Positions 45,635-54,567 of a stretch of 64,000 nt of DNA are shown here, piece by piece. The DNA comes from Bacteroidota bacterium (GTDB taxonomy: Bacteria; Bacteroidota; Bacteroidia; Bacteroidales; UBA12077), in assembly GCA_020444275.1 (NCBI GenBank), contig JAHLLG010000005.1, positions 88,004-152,003 of the forward strand. The letters run 5' to 3'. The notes beneath the pieces were generated by a model. It was not told the origin of the DNA and did no database searches. It worked only from the letters and a program-made list of their open reading frames with translations. Within the stretch, counting starts at the first letter, position 1; each line of letters opens with the position of its first letter. The position numbers were made by a program, and so were the translations under genes.

Positions 45635-46585
45635 ATGAAAGAATTCCGAACAACCATACAACCACAACAATCAAAGAACAAACTAAGTTACCACACACCT
45701 GCTTTGTTTTTAGGATCGTGCTTTACCGAAAATATTGGAAACAAAATGCAAGATCTAAAGTTTCCGGTATTGGTTAATCCGTTTGGAGTACTTTACAATC
45801 CGGTTTCTGTGCGACAAAGTTTAGAAATCATTTTAGACAAACGAAATTTTAATGAGAACGATTTAGGTTTTTTCAATGAGCAGTGGTTTAGCTTTTATCA
45901 CGACACAGAATTTTCAAATACCGACAAGCAAGAGTGTTTAAATAATATTAATACGAGGCTAAATGCGGCCAGAGGTCAATTTGAAAATGCGAATTATTTA
46001 ATTATAACCTTCGGTACAGCCTGGGTTTATGAGTATTTGAAAACAGAGAAGGTGGTTTCCAATTGTCATAAAATCCCGGCTAAGGAATTTACAAGGTATA
46101 AATTAGGTGTTGAAGATATTTTTGTTCAGTGGGCTAAACTATTAAATAGAATTGAGGATTATAATCCTGATTTAAAGGTTATTTTTACAGTTAGTCCGGT
46201 AAGACATTGGAAGGATGGTGCTGTTCAAAATCAATTAAGTAAGTCGACATTAATCCTTGCTATTCATCAGTTAAAAAAGATCTTCGATAATGTGGAATAT
46301 TTTCCGGCGTATGAAATTATGATGGATGATTTGCGCGATTATCGTTTCTATGCAGATGATATGTTGCATCCTTCTAGTGTAGCTGTCGAGTATATTTGGC
46401 AGTTTTTTAAGGATACTTACCTGGAGAAAGAAACGAATGAAATTAGTAAAGAAGTTCAAAAAATTATACTTGCCGAAAATCACCGCCCGTTAAATCCAAA
46501 TACTGAAAAACATAAAAAGTTTTTGTTAAGTTTAAAAGATCAGAAAGAAAAGCTAACTAACAAATATCCTTTTTTACATTTTTAG
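45635..46585 (+). CDS. GSCFA-domain protein
   Basis: Contains the eponymous FLGSCFTENIG motif near the N-terminus. I set the start at MKEFRTT. Confidence 0.75.
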   Translation: MKEFRTTIQPQQSKNKLSYHTPALFLGSCFTENIGNKMQDLKFPVLVNPFGVLYNPVSVRQSLEIILDKRNFNENDLGFFNEQWFSFYHDTEFSNTDKQECLNNINTRLNAARGQFENANYLIITFGTAWVYEYLKTEKVVSNCHKIPAKEFTRYKLGVEDIFVQWAKLLNRIEDYNPDLKVIFTVSPVRHWKDGAVQNQLSKSTLILAIHQLKKIFDNVEYFPAYEIMMDDLRDYRFYADDMLHPSSVAVEYIWQFFKDTYLEKETNEISKEVQKIILAENHRPLNPNTEKHKKFLLSLKDQKEKLTNKYPFLHF

Positions 46586-46609
46586 AAATTTTACCTATTC
46601 TGCGAACAT

Positions 46610-46643
46610 TTTGTTTAATTATATGTTTACGGAATTAAACAAA
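46610..46643 (+). promoter_or_regulatory. 11-bp perfect inverted repeat (leader hairpin or operator) before the TonB-dependent receptor gene
   Basis: tttgtttaatt-N12-aattaaacaaa, ending 13 nt before the ATG at 46657. Confidence 0.5.
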
Positions 46644-46656
46644 CTGAAATTGGATC

Positions 46657-49071
46657 ATGAAGTTAAAAATATACTTATCTGCCCTTGCATTTGTTTTTTT
46701 GGGTGAGGCATTTGGCCAAACTTATAATGGAACAATTGAGGGGCGAATCTTTAATAGTAAAAATAATGAGCCTGTACCTTTCGCCAATGTAGTTATTTTT
46801 CAAACTAATATTGGGTCAGCTTCCAATTTCGATGGTGAATTTAAATTTACGGGTGTAAAACCTGGCTTTGTTAAAATACAAGTTTCTGCTGTAGGTTTCC
46901 AAACCTATATTTCACCTGAGCTAATGGTTTCAAATGCGAGAACTGTAAACATTGAAATCCCTTTAGTTGAAGCAAACATTCAGTTGGACGAAGTGGTTGT
47001 TAAACCATCCGCATTTAGAAAAACGGAGGAAAGTCCGGTTTCATTGAGAGTAATTGGTGTTCAGGAAATTGAAAAGATTCCGGGAGCAAATCGGGATATA
47101 TCCAAAGTTATTCAATCATTTCCCGGGGTAGCATCAACTCCAGCTCAACGAAACGATGTTATTGTTCGGGGTGGTGGGCCAAGCGAGAATTCATTTTTTT
47201 TAGATGATGTAGAAATACCCAATATTAACCACTTTGCAACACAAGGTGCATCTGGTGGGCCGGTTGGTATTATAAATGTAGATTTTGTTCGCGAAGTAAA
47301 TTTATATTCGGGAGCATTTCCTGCAAATAGAGGAGACGCGCTGAGTTCAGTAATTGAATTTAAACAGAAAGATGGAAACAGTGAAAAGCTGGAAGTTCAA
47401 GGAAGCTTGGGGTCATCAGAAGTGGCACTAACGTTTGATGGTCCATTGGGTGAAAAAACATCTTTCATTTTTTCTGCACGAAGATCGTATTTACAGCTTT
47501 TATTTTCTGTATTAGATCTGCCATTTTTACCTACTTTTAACGATGCTCAGTTTAAAGTAAAAACCCGTTTTAATAAAAAAAATGAATTAACATTGATCGG
47601 ACTGGGAGCTTACGATGTTTCGGAATTAAATTTAAATGCCAATGAAACCGATTTGCAAAAATATATTCTGGGATTTTTACCGGTAAACGAGCAATGGGGA
47701 TATACTGTTGGTGCTGTTTATAAACATTATAGGGAAAAAAGTTATGGAACCTGGGTATTAAGTAGAAGTTATCTAAATAACTACTCATACAAATATCAGG
47801 ATAATAAAGAGGTAGATTCTCTGTTAACTTTTGACTATTTGTCTACTGAAGCGGAAAACAAATTCCGATACGAAAATACAACCAGAACCGACAATGGATT
47901 TAAATTCAATGTTGGGGCAGGATTAGAATACGCACAGTATTCGAATAATACATTTAGAAAAGATTTCGTTGGATTAAATCCTGTTATAACTGATTATGAT
48001 GTTAACCTTGATTTATGGAAATGGTCAATATTTGGTCAGGTAAGCAAAGATTTTTATCAAAAGCGATTGGTACTCTCTTTAGGTCTCAGGTCCGATGCAA
48101 ATAACTATTCATCCAGTATGTCAAATTTAGCAGATCAAATATCTCCAAGATTTTCTGCTTCGTATAAACTACTGCCTGATGTTTCAGTAAATTTTAATAC
48201 GGGTCGTTACTATCAGTTGCCTGCATATACTACCTTAGGATTTAGTAATGGCACAGGTGAATTCTTAAATAAACAAAATGGAATAAAATATATTTCAGTT
48301 GATCATTTGGTGGCGGGATTTGAATATTTGCCAACACAACAATCGTTTTTATCTATCGAAGGATTTTATAAATACTATCGTGATTATCCTTTTTCTGTGA
48401 ACGATTCCATTGCTTTAGCCAATAAAGGAGCAGATTTTGGAACATTCGGCGATGAACAGGTTTTGTCAATTGCAGAAGGTCGGTCATATGGAGTTGAGTT
48501 TCTTGCACGACATAAAGATTTATTGGGTTTCAATATGGTGTTATCATACACGTTGGTTCGTAGTGAGTTTAAAGAGTTTGATGATAACCTCAATTTCACT
48601 TCCGATTATATTGCCAGTTCATGGGATAATATTCATCTATTAAATATAACCGCAACACGTGATTTAAAACGTAATTGGCAATTTGGGTTTAAATGGAGGT
48701 TTGTAGGTGGAGCTCCATACACGCCAATCGACAAAAATAAAACAAGTATTATTGCTGCCTGGGATGCCAGAGGACAGGAGTATCTGGATTTTACACAATT
48801 TAATACTTTAAGGCTTGATCCTTTTCATCAGTTAGATATTCGCATCGATAAACAATACTATTATAAAAAATGGTCACTTATGCTCTATCTGGATATTCAG
48901 AATCTATATAACTTTAAGTCTGAAGAACGCGATATTTTTATCCCTCAAAAAGATGCTAATGGCAATAATATTGTTGATCCGCAGAATCCGGACAGGTATC
49001 TTATGCAAACTATAGCAAACGATGGTTCGGGAACTATATTACCAACCCTCGGTATCATTGTGCAATTTTAA
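46657..49071 (+). CDS. TonB-dependent receptor with an N-terminal carboxypeptidase-regulatory-like domain
   Basis: Signal peptide, CarbopepD_reg (GRIFNSKNNEPVPFANVVI), plug (NRDISKVIQSFPGV, VIVRGGGPSEN) and a C-terminal barrel ending IVQF. Confidence 0.85.
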   Translation: MKLKIYLSALAFVFLGEAFGQTYNGTIEGRIFNSKNNEPVPFANVVIFQTNIGSASNFDGEFKFTGVKPGFVKIQVSAVGFQTYISPELMVSNARTVNIEIPLVEANIQLDEVVVKPSAFRKTEESPVSLRVIGVQEIEKIPGANRDISKVIQSFPGVASTPAQRNDVIVRGGGPSENSFFLDDVEIPNINHFATQGASGGPVGIINVDFVREVNLYSGAFPANRGDALSSVIEFKQKDGNSEKLEVQGSLGSSEVALTFDGPLGEKTSFIFSARRSYLQLLFSVLDLPFLPTFNDAQFKVKTRFNKKNELTLIGLGAYDVSELNLNANETDLQKYILGFLPVNEQWGYTVGAVYKHYREKSYGTWVLSRSYLNNYSYKYQDNKEVDSLLTFDYLSTEAENKFRYENTTRTDNGFKFNVGAGLEYAQYSNNTFRKDFVGLNPVITDYDVNLDLWKWSIFGQVSKDFYQKRLVLSLGLRSDANNYSSSMSNLADQISPRFSASYKLLPDVSVNFNTGRYYQLPAYTTLGFSNGTGEFLNKQNGIKYISVDHLVAGFEYLPTQQSFLSIEGFYKYYRDYPFSVNDSIALANKGADFGTFGDEQVLSIAEGRSYGVEFLARHKDLLGFNMVLSYTLVRSEFKEFDDNLNFTSDYIASSWDNIHLLNITATRDLKRNWQFGFKWRFVGGAPYTPIDKNKTSIIAAWDARGQEYLDFTQFNTLRLDPFHQLDIRIDKQYYYKKWSLMLYLDIQNLYNFKSEERDIFIPQKDANGNNIVDPQNPDRYLMQTIANDGSGTILPTLGIIVQF

Positions 49072-49082
49072 AAATATAAACC

Positions 49083-49817
49083 ATGAAATATTTACAAACA
49101 TTTGTGATGCTCTTTTTTGCTGTTAATGTTTTAATGGCACAGGAGCGTGCTAAAGAAGAAATAGTGGAGTTCGAAACGAATACAAAAGGCAATGGGGTAT
49201 CGTTTGAAATCGAATTTCAAAAGGGACCTGAGTTTTACTATCCGATAATGGCATTTTGGATTGAAGATGAGAATGGAAATTATATACAAACGTTATATGT
49301 TTCCCAATCTATTGCAAAAGGTGTTTTTAATTATGGTCAGGTAAAAGATAATCGTTGGATAAAAGATAGTAAGCGCCGTCCGGCTGCTTTGCCTTACTGG
49401 GCGCATAAACGGGGAATTAAGGCAAAGGATGGTTTGTATATTCCAACACCCGATACACCAATAGCTGATGCATACACAGGACCTACTCCGCAAGATAACT
49501 TTATATTAAAAACAAAAGCGGATGAGAAGTTACCAAAAAAGTTTAAGATTTTAATGGAAATTAATCAGTCCTGGGACTGGAACGAATACTGGACCAATGA
49601 TAGGTTTCCTGATGATGAAGATTATAAAACATCTTCACAGCCAGCATTAGTTTATTCTGTTGATGTTGATTTGGATTCGAAAAAGCAAAGTTATGTACTT
49701 CAACTTATCGGACATAGCCACTATTCTGGTAAGGATGGAAAACTATATACTGATTTAAGTACAATTACAACAGCTAAAGAAATAGTTGATAAGATTCTGA
49801 TAAATATAAAAAAGTAA
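49083..49817 (+). CDS. secreted hypothetical protein (possibly DUF2271-like, low confidence)
   Basis: Signal peptide. The IMAFWIEDENGNYIQTLYVS segment resembles DUF2271 as I recall it. Starts 11 nt after the receptor gene. Confidence 0.5.
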   Translation: MKYLQTFVMLFFAVNVLMAQERAKEEIVEFETNTKGNGVSFEIEFQKGPEFYYPIMAFWIEDENGNYIQTLYVSQSIAKGVFNYGQVKDNRWIKDSKRRPAALPYWAHKRGIKAKDGLYIPTPDTPIADAYTGPTPQDNFILKTKADEKLPKKFKILMEINQSWDWNEYWTNDRFPDDEDYKTSSQPALVYSVDVDLDSKKQSYVLQLIGHSHYSGKDGKLYTDLSTITTAKEIVDKILINIKK

Positions 49818-49840
49818 GGCTCAAGTGCCTTACTTTTTTA
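49811..49840. terminator. bidirectional terminator
   Basis: Stem aagtaaggc / gccttactt (49812-49820 / 49827-49835), flanked by A- and T-runs. Confidence 0.7.
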
Positions 49841-49869
49841 TTGAAAAGAATCCTAAACGATTAATCAAA

Positions 49870-50427
49870 CTAATTCCAGGTAATAACTATTTCAGTTAAG
49901 TTATCACCTTTCGCAAGGGATTTTGTAATATTTGCTTTTACATTTTTACAATTCGTAAATTCAAGAGCCCGCTCACACCAGCCTGCTATTCTATGTTCAA
50001 TAACTTCTTCCGGTTCCGGAAATTTGGTAATATGTAAGGTTAACCCCTTTTCATGACTGCTAACTACCGCTATATCCGATGGACTGTAATATGAAGTAAA
50101 TACTCTTCCGGCTCGTTGCATAATATAATTCGGTGATGCAACGCGGACAAAGATCTTATAAACCCCCTTTAGTCCGGATTCTGCGCTATATCTGCCCGAT
50201 TCTCTGGCTGCTTTCTCAACGTTATTATTATAGAACATTTTTGCCAGTGCTTTGGTTGGTTCCACAGCACCATCTTTCATTGGATACCAATTATTAGCAA
50301 AAACTCCACCATTCATTAATTTTTGCGATGATTCTGGTAATAATTGAACCCAATCATTAAATTGTGTGCGATATCTGTTTTCAACATATTCTTTTATCGA
50401 CTTTACAGCAGTACCTTTTACTTCCAT
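49870..50427 (-). CDS. hypothetical protein (185 aa; DUF2378/TIGR02265-like pattern, low confidence)
   Basis: The N-terminus MEVKGTAVKSIKEYVENRY...W..LL and the length resemble the DUF2378 family. Not verified. Confidence 0.5.
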   Translation of the reverse strand: MEVKGTAVKSIKEYVENRYRTQFNDWVQLLPESSQKLMNGGVFANNWYPMKDGAVEPTKALAKMFYNNNVEKAARESGRYSAESGLKGVYKIFVRVASPNYIMQRAGRVFTSYYSPSDIAVVSSHEKGLTLHITKFPEPEEVIEHRIAGWCERALEFTNCKNVKANITKSLAKGDNLTEIVITWN

Positions 50428-50521
50428 TTGGCGCGATTTACGGGTTAATAAAATTTCTCATGAAATTACAATTTCTTTTGTAACCAGTCAATAGTTTTTT
50501 ACGAGTAGCCAAATTTTGTTG

Positions 50522-50556
50522 ATAAAAGAAAAAGAGGATAATTTTTATCCTCTTTT
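50522..50556 (-). terminator. terminator after the nuclease gene
   Basis: 11-bp stem aaagaggataa / ttatcctcttt (50531-50541 / 50545-50555), with T-runs on both strands. Confidence 0.7.
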
Positions 50557-50582
50557 TGCAATATAATGTTCTTGCACTTTTG

Positions 50583-51638
50583 TTATATTTCTTTAATCAG
50601 ATAAAGATATACCGGAAAGTGATCACTGTAACCATTTTTATACACTCCGCCAGCATGCGTTCTTAAAGGATACCCTCTGTATCGACCTTCTTGTTGTGTT
50701 AAAAAATCTTTGTTAAAAATTAACGTTTTATAAAACTTAAAAGTAGATCTGTCTTCACCAAGCAGTGGGTATGAAACAATCATCTGATCAAAAAGATTCC
50801 AATTATCTCTGTATGCCAGGGTACCAATACCTTTTTTGAATAATGGATAAGTGGTATTAAACAAGTCACCTTCTTTAGTAGTTCTTTCGTCTCTTTTTGC
50901 ATTTAAATGTTTTAGCAAACTTTCATTATTTGGATCATCATTTAAATCGCCCATAATAATAATCTTGGCATTCGGATCTTCATTCATAATCGAATCGGCC
51001 AAAGATCTGCATAAATCGGCAGCCGCATTTCGTAATGGTCTGCTTTTTTTCTCTCCACCATATCTCGATGGCCAATGGTTAACAATAAAGTGAATTTTTT
51101 CTCCATCTAGTAATCCCGAAACAACTAACTGATCTCGTGTAAAAAAATCTTCTTTATCCTCAACAGTTAACTTTGCTGCAAGTGAGTTAGTTACTGTGAA
51201 AATTGATTCCTGATATAATAACGCCACATCAATTCCTCTCCGGTCAGGCGATTCGTAATGTACTATTTTGTAATTATAAGGCTTAAGTGCCGGCATCTTA
51301 ACCAGGTCTTCCAAAACGCTTCTGTTCTCTATTTCTGAAACTCCAATTACAGCAGGTGCTGTTTTGGTAAGATCTGCACCTATTTGTGAAATAACTTTTG
51401 CCATATTTTCCTGCTTGGAATAATACTTTTTTGTATTCCAATCTTTATTTCCTTCAGGAGTATATTCAAAGTCATGTTTATCGGGAGTGTCTAAAGTGTC
51501 AAATAAATTTTCTAAATTATAAAATGCGATTGTTGCTACTTTGTATTGTTTCTCCTGAGCACTTAAATGCGAAATGTGTAATAAAAAAGAAAAAAACACT
51601 AAAATAGCTACCCTGGTTGTAAAAATATTCTGTTTCAT
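50583..51638 (-). CDS. secreted endonuclease/exonuclease/phosphatase (EEP) family protein
   Basis: Signal peptide. Motifs FYNLENLFD, GVSEIEN, NHWPSR, MGDLNDDP and SDHFPV. Confidence 0.85.
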   Translation of the reverse strand: MKQNIFTTRVAILVFFSFLLHISHLSAQEKQYKVATIAFYNLENLFDTLDTPDKHDFEYTPEGNKDWNTKKYYSKQENMAKVISQIGADLTKTAPAVIGVSEIENRSVLEDLVKMPALKPYNYKIVHYESPDRRGIDVALLYQESIFTVTNSLAAKLTVEDKEDFFTRDQLVVSGLLDGEKIHFIVNHWPSRYGGEKKSRPLRNAAADLCRSLADSIMNEDPNAKIIIMGDLNDDPNNESLLKHLNAKRDERTTKEGDLFNTTYPLFKKGIGTLAYRDNWNLFDQMIVSYPLLGEDRSTFKFYKTLIFNKDFLTQQEGRYRGYPLRTHAGGVYKNGYSDHFPVYLYLIKEI

Positions 51639-51723
51639 AGTATTGATTTATAAATTGTTGGTAATTGTATGAAAAATTTTCGGAAGTTAAAAACTTAGTG
51701 TGTATTTTTACGTCCCTTCAAAT

Positions 51724-51742
51724 AAAATTTGTTACAAATTTT
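51724..51742. promoter_or_regulatory. 19-bp perfect palindrome (candidate operator) in the divergent promoter region
   Basis: aaaatttgt-t-acaaatttt, verified base by base. It lies 60 nt upstream of the 51802 ATG. Confidence 0.55.
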
Positions 51743-51801
51743 CTTTGGAGATTGATAATCTTTTATGAATCGAATTATTAACTAACCTTTACAAATAAAA
51801 C

Positions 51802-54546
51802 ATGAGACATCTTACACTATTATTTGTTCTCACTTTGTTTTCGTTTTTTACTTTATGGGCTCAAACAGGGTCTATTGAGGGTAAAATTGTCGACAGTGAA
51901 AGTGCAAAACCTATTGAGGGAGTTTATGTCCGGGTAGATGGGGTTGCTGTTGAAGCGTACTCAAATAATGAAGGAGAATATGTTTTAAATGAAGTGCCTG
52001 TAGGAACAGGTAAACTGATTTTTACAAGTAAAAATTATGAACAGAAAATTCTTGAGTTTAAGCTAAGTGCAGGAGAAACCCTTCAGTTAGGTACTACTGA
52101 AATTGTTACTACACGTGGGCGTGACTATATGAACGAAGAACTGCCAATGGTAACACTCGAAGAATCTGATCTTGACGACGATGAAACACAGCCGGTTAGC
52201 GGTTTGCTGCACTCTTCCGATGATGTTTTTTCTGAGATTACGGCGTATACTTTTGGTGCAGTAAGATATCGTGCACGAGGATACGATTCAGAAAATACTG
52301 CAATCTATTTTAATGGTATTGAAATGAACGATATCGAAACCGGTAGGCCTAACTATGGTAACTGGGGTGGAATTAATGATGTATTACGAAATAAGGAAAT
52401 TTTCTTTGGCCAGGAGAACAATGATTTAACCCTTTCGTTTTTAGGAGGTGGAGCTAACATCTTAACGAAAGCATCCGCTTATCGACCAGGTGTTAAGGTT
52501 TCATACATGAATCGATTGGCTAATTACAAGAATCGTGTAATGGCAACTGCTTCAACCGGATTAATGGATAATGGCTGGGCCTTTACCGTTTCCGGATCGC
52601 ATCGCTGGGCCGAGGAAGGATATGTTGAAGGTACAGATTACGATGCATGGGCTTATTTCTTCGCTGCTGAAAAAAGAATTGGTGCACATACACTGAATTT
52701 AACAGCTTTTGCTACACCAAATAAGCGAGGAAAATTAATTGGTTCTACTCAGGAAGCATATGATTTGGCCGGATCAAATTATTATAACGCAAACTGGGGA
52801 TATCAAGCTGGCGAAGTAAGAAATGCCAGAGTGGCCGATGATTTCAAGCCTTATATCATGTTAAACTATGAGTGGGATATCAATAGTAAAATGGATCTGG
52901 CAACAACAGTGTCTTACTCATTTGGTAGAGACGGAAACACAGCTCTAAACTGGGGTGATGCTCCTGATCCAAGACCGAATTATTACAGAAATTTACCATA
53001 CTATAATAGAGATGATCCATTCTATGACGGTTGGAATCAACAGCAGGTAGACTGGGATGGATTGTATTTCGCTAATAGCGATGAATATTTTGTTGTTGAA
53101 GACGTTGACGGTATTGACGGAAATGATATCGGAGGCATACGTTCTAAGTATATGGTTGAGAATAGGAGAATTGATCATAATCAGATTTCTGCCAATGTAA
53201 AATTAAACTATGAGCTAACTAAAGATCTTAATTTAATGGCAGATGTAAACTATACCAATTACGTAGGTCGTCATTATAAAGAAGTATCAGATCTTTTGGG
53301 CGGTGAGTACTGGCTTGATATTGATAAGTTTGCCGAAGGAGATGTTAACCAATCTGAAGGCGAACAGCAATTTCCTGATTATGTACAAATTGATTTAAAT
53401 AACCCGAACCGATTAGCAAAAGAAGGAGATGTTTTTGGTTACGATTATGATGCAAACATCCAGAAAATTAGTGGATTTGTTAAAGGTGATTATACCCTTG
53501 GAAACCTCGATTTGTATTTAGGTTTAGGCTTGGTAAATACTTCATTTTATCGAACCGGAAATATGCAAGTAGGTAAATATCCTGATCAATCATTTGGTGA
53601 TTCCGAAAAGCAAACGTTCTTAAATTATAATGCTACCGGAGGTTTAACGTATAAAATTACAGGTCGACATATTGTATATGCTAATGCTGCATATTTAACA
53701 AGAGCACCTTATTTCGAAGATGCATATGTTTCGCCTCGTACAAGAGATCATGTGGTGGATGGATTAACAGACGAAACCATTATGAGTTTTGATGTGAACT
53801 ATATGATGCGACTTCCTCGTATAACCGGAAGATTCTCTGCTTTTTACACTACATTCCAGGATCAAATCGACGTAATGAGCTTTTATCATGATGACTATAA
53901 AAGTTTTGTAAACTATGCAATGACCGGTATTGATAAAAAGCATTTCGGTATTGAACTTGGATTGGAAGGAGAAATTACTTCAACCATTACAGCAACTGGT
54001 GCAGTTTCGTTGGGTCAGTATACCTGGGATTCTCGTCCTAAGGTAAGTATTACTCGCGATAACGATTCAGAATCGTTGGCTACCAACGAAGTAGTTTATG
54101 TAAAGGACTATCGTGTTGATGGAACTCCACAAACTGCATTAAATTTTGGATTAGAGTACAGAGCTCCTAAATACTGGTTTGTAGCGGGTGATATTAACTA
54201 TTTCGATAATACGTACCTGAGCTTTAATCCGGCACGAAGAACTACACAAGCCGTGCAGGGACTGGATTTAGATTCCGATCTTGCTGATCAGATTTTAAGT
54301 CAGGAAAGATTACCTAGTTCCTACACTGTTAATTTAAAAGCAGGAAAATCGTGGAGATTTGACCGGTATTATGTGAGCCTTTTCGCTGTAGTAAATAATG
54401 TGTTAGATAACCAGGAAATTATTACCGGAGGTTATGAGCAGCTGCGTTTCGATTATGAAAATAAAGATGTAAACAAGTATCCTGCAAACTATTTCTATAT
54501 GTATGGCAGAACATACATGTTAATATTAACCTTAGCTTTAGATTAA
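51802..54546 (+). CDS. TonB-dependent-receptor-like outer-membrane protein with a carboxypeptidase-regulatory-like N-domain
   Basis: Signal peptide, GKIVDSESAKPIEGVYVRV CarbopepD_reg, plug-like YRARGYDSENTAIYFNGIEMND and a long barrel. Confidence 0.8.
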   Translation: MRHLTLLFVLTLFSFFTLWAQTGSIEGKIVDSESAKPIEGVYVRVDGVAVEAYSNNEGEYVLNEVPVGTGKLIFTSKNYEQKILEFKLSAGETLQLGTTEIVTTRGRDYMNEELPMVTLEESDLDDDETQPVSGLLHSSDDVFSEITAYTFGAVRYRARGYDSENTAIYFNGIEMNDIETGRPNYGNWGGINDVLRNKEIFFGQENNDLTLSFLGGGANILTKASAYRPGVKVSYMNRLANYKNRVMATASTGLMDNGWAFTVSGSHRWAEEGYVEGTDYDAWAYFFAAEKRIGAHTLNLTAFATPNKRGKLIGSTQEAYDLAGSNYYNANWGYQAGEVRNARVADDFKPYIMLNYEWDINSKMDLATTVSYSFGRDGNTALNWGDAPDPRPNYYRNLPYYNRDDPFYDGWNQQQVDWDGLYFANSDEYFVVEDVDGIDGNDIGGIRSKYMVENRRIDHNQISANVKLNYELTKDLNLMADVNYTNYVGRHYKEVSDLLGGEYWLDIDKFAEGDVNQSEGEQQFPDYVQIDLNNPNRLAKEGDVFGYDYDANIQKISGFVKGDYTLGNLDLYLGLGLVNTSFYRTGNMQVGKYPDQSFGDSEKQTFLNYNATGGLTYKITGRHIVYANAAYLTRAPYFEDAYVSPRTRDHVVDGLTDETIMSFDVNYMMRLPRITGRFSAFYTTFQDQIDVMSFYHDDYKSFVNYAMTGIDKKHFGIELGLEGEITSTITATGAVSLGQYTWDSRPKVSITRDNDSESLATNEVVYVKDYRVDGTPQTALNFGLEYRAPKYWFVAGDINYFDNTYLSFNPARRTTQAVQGLDLDSDLADQILSQERLPSSYTVNLKAGKSWRFDRYYVSLFAVVNNVLDNQEIITGGYEQLRFDYENKDVNKYPANYFYMYGRTYMLILTLALD

Positions 54547-54567
54547 AAAAAATAAAAAATATAGATC

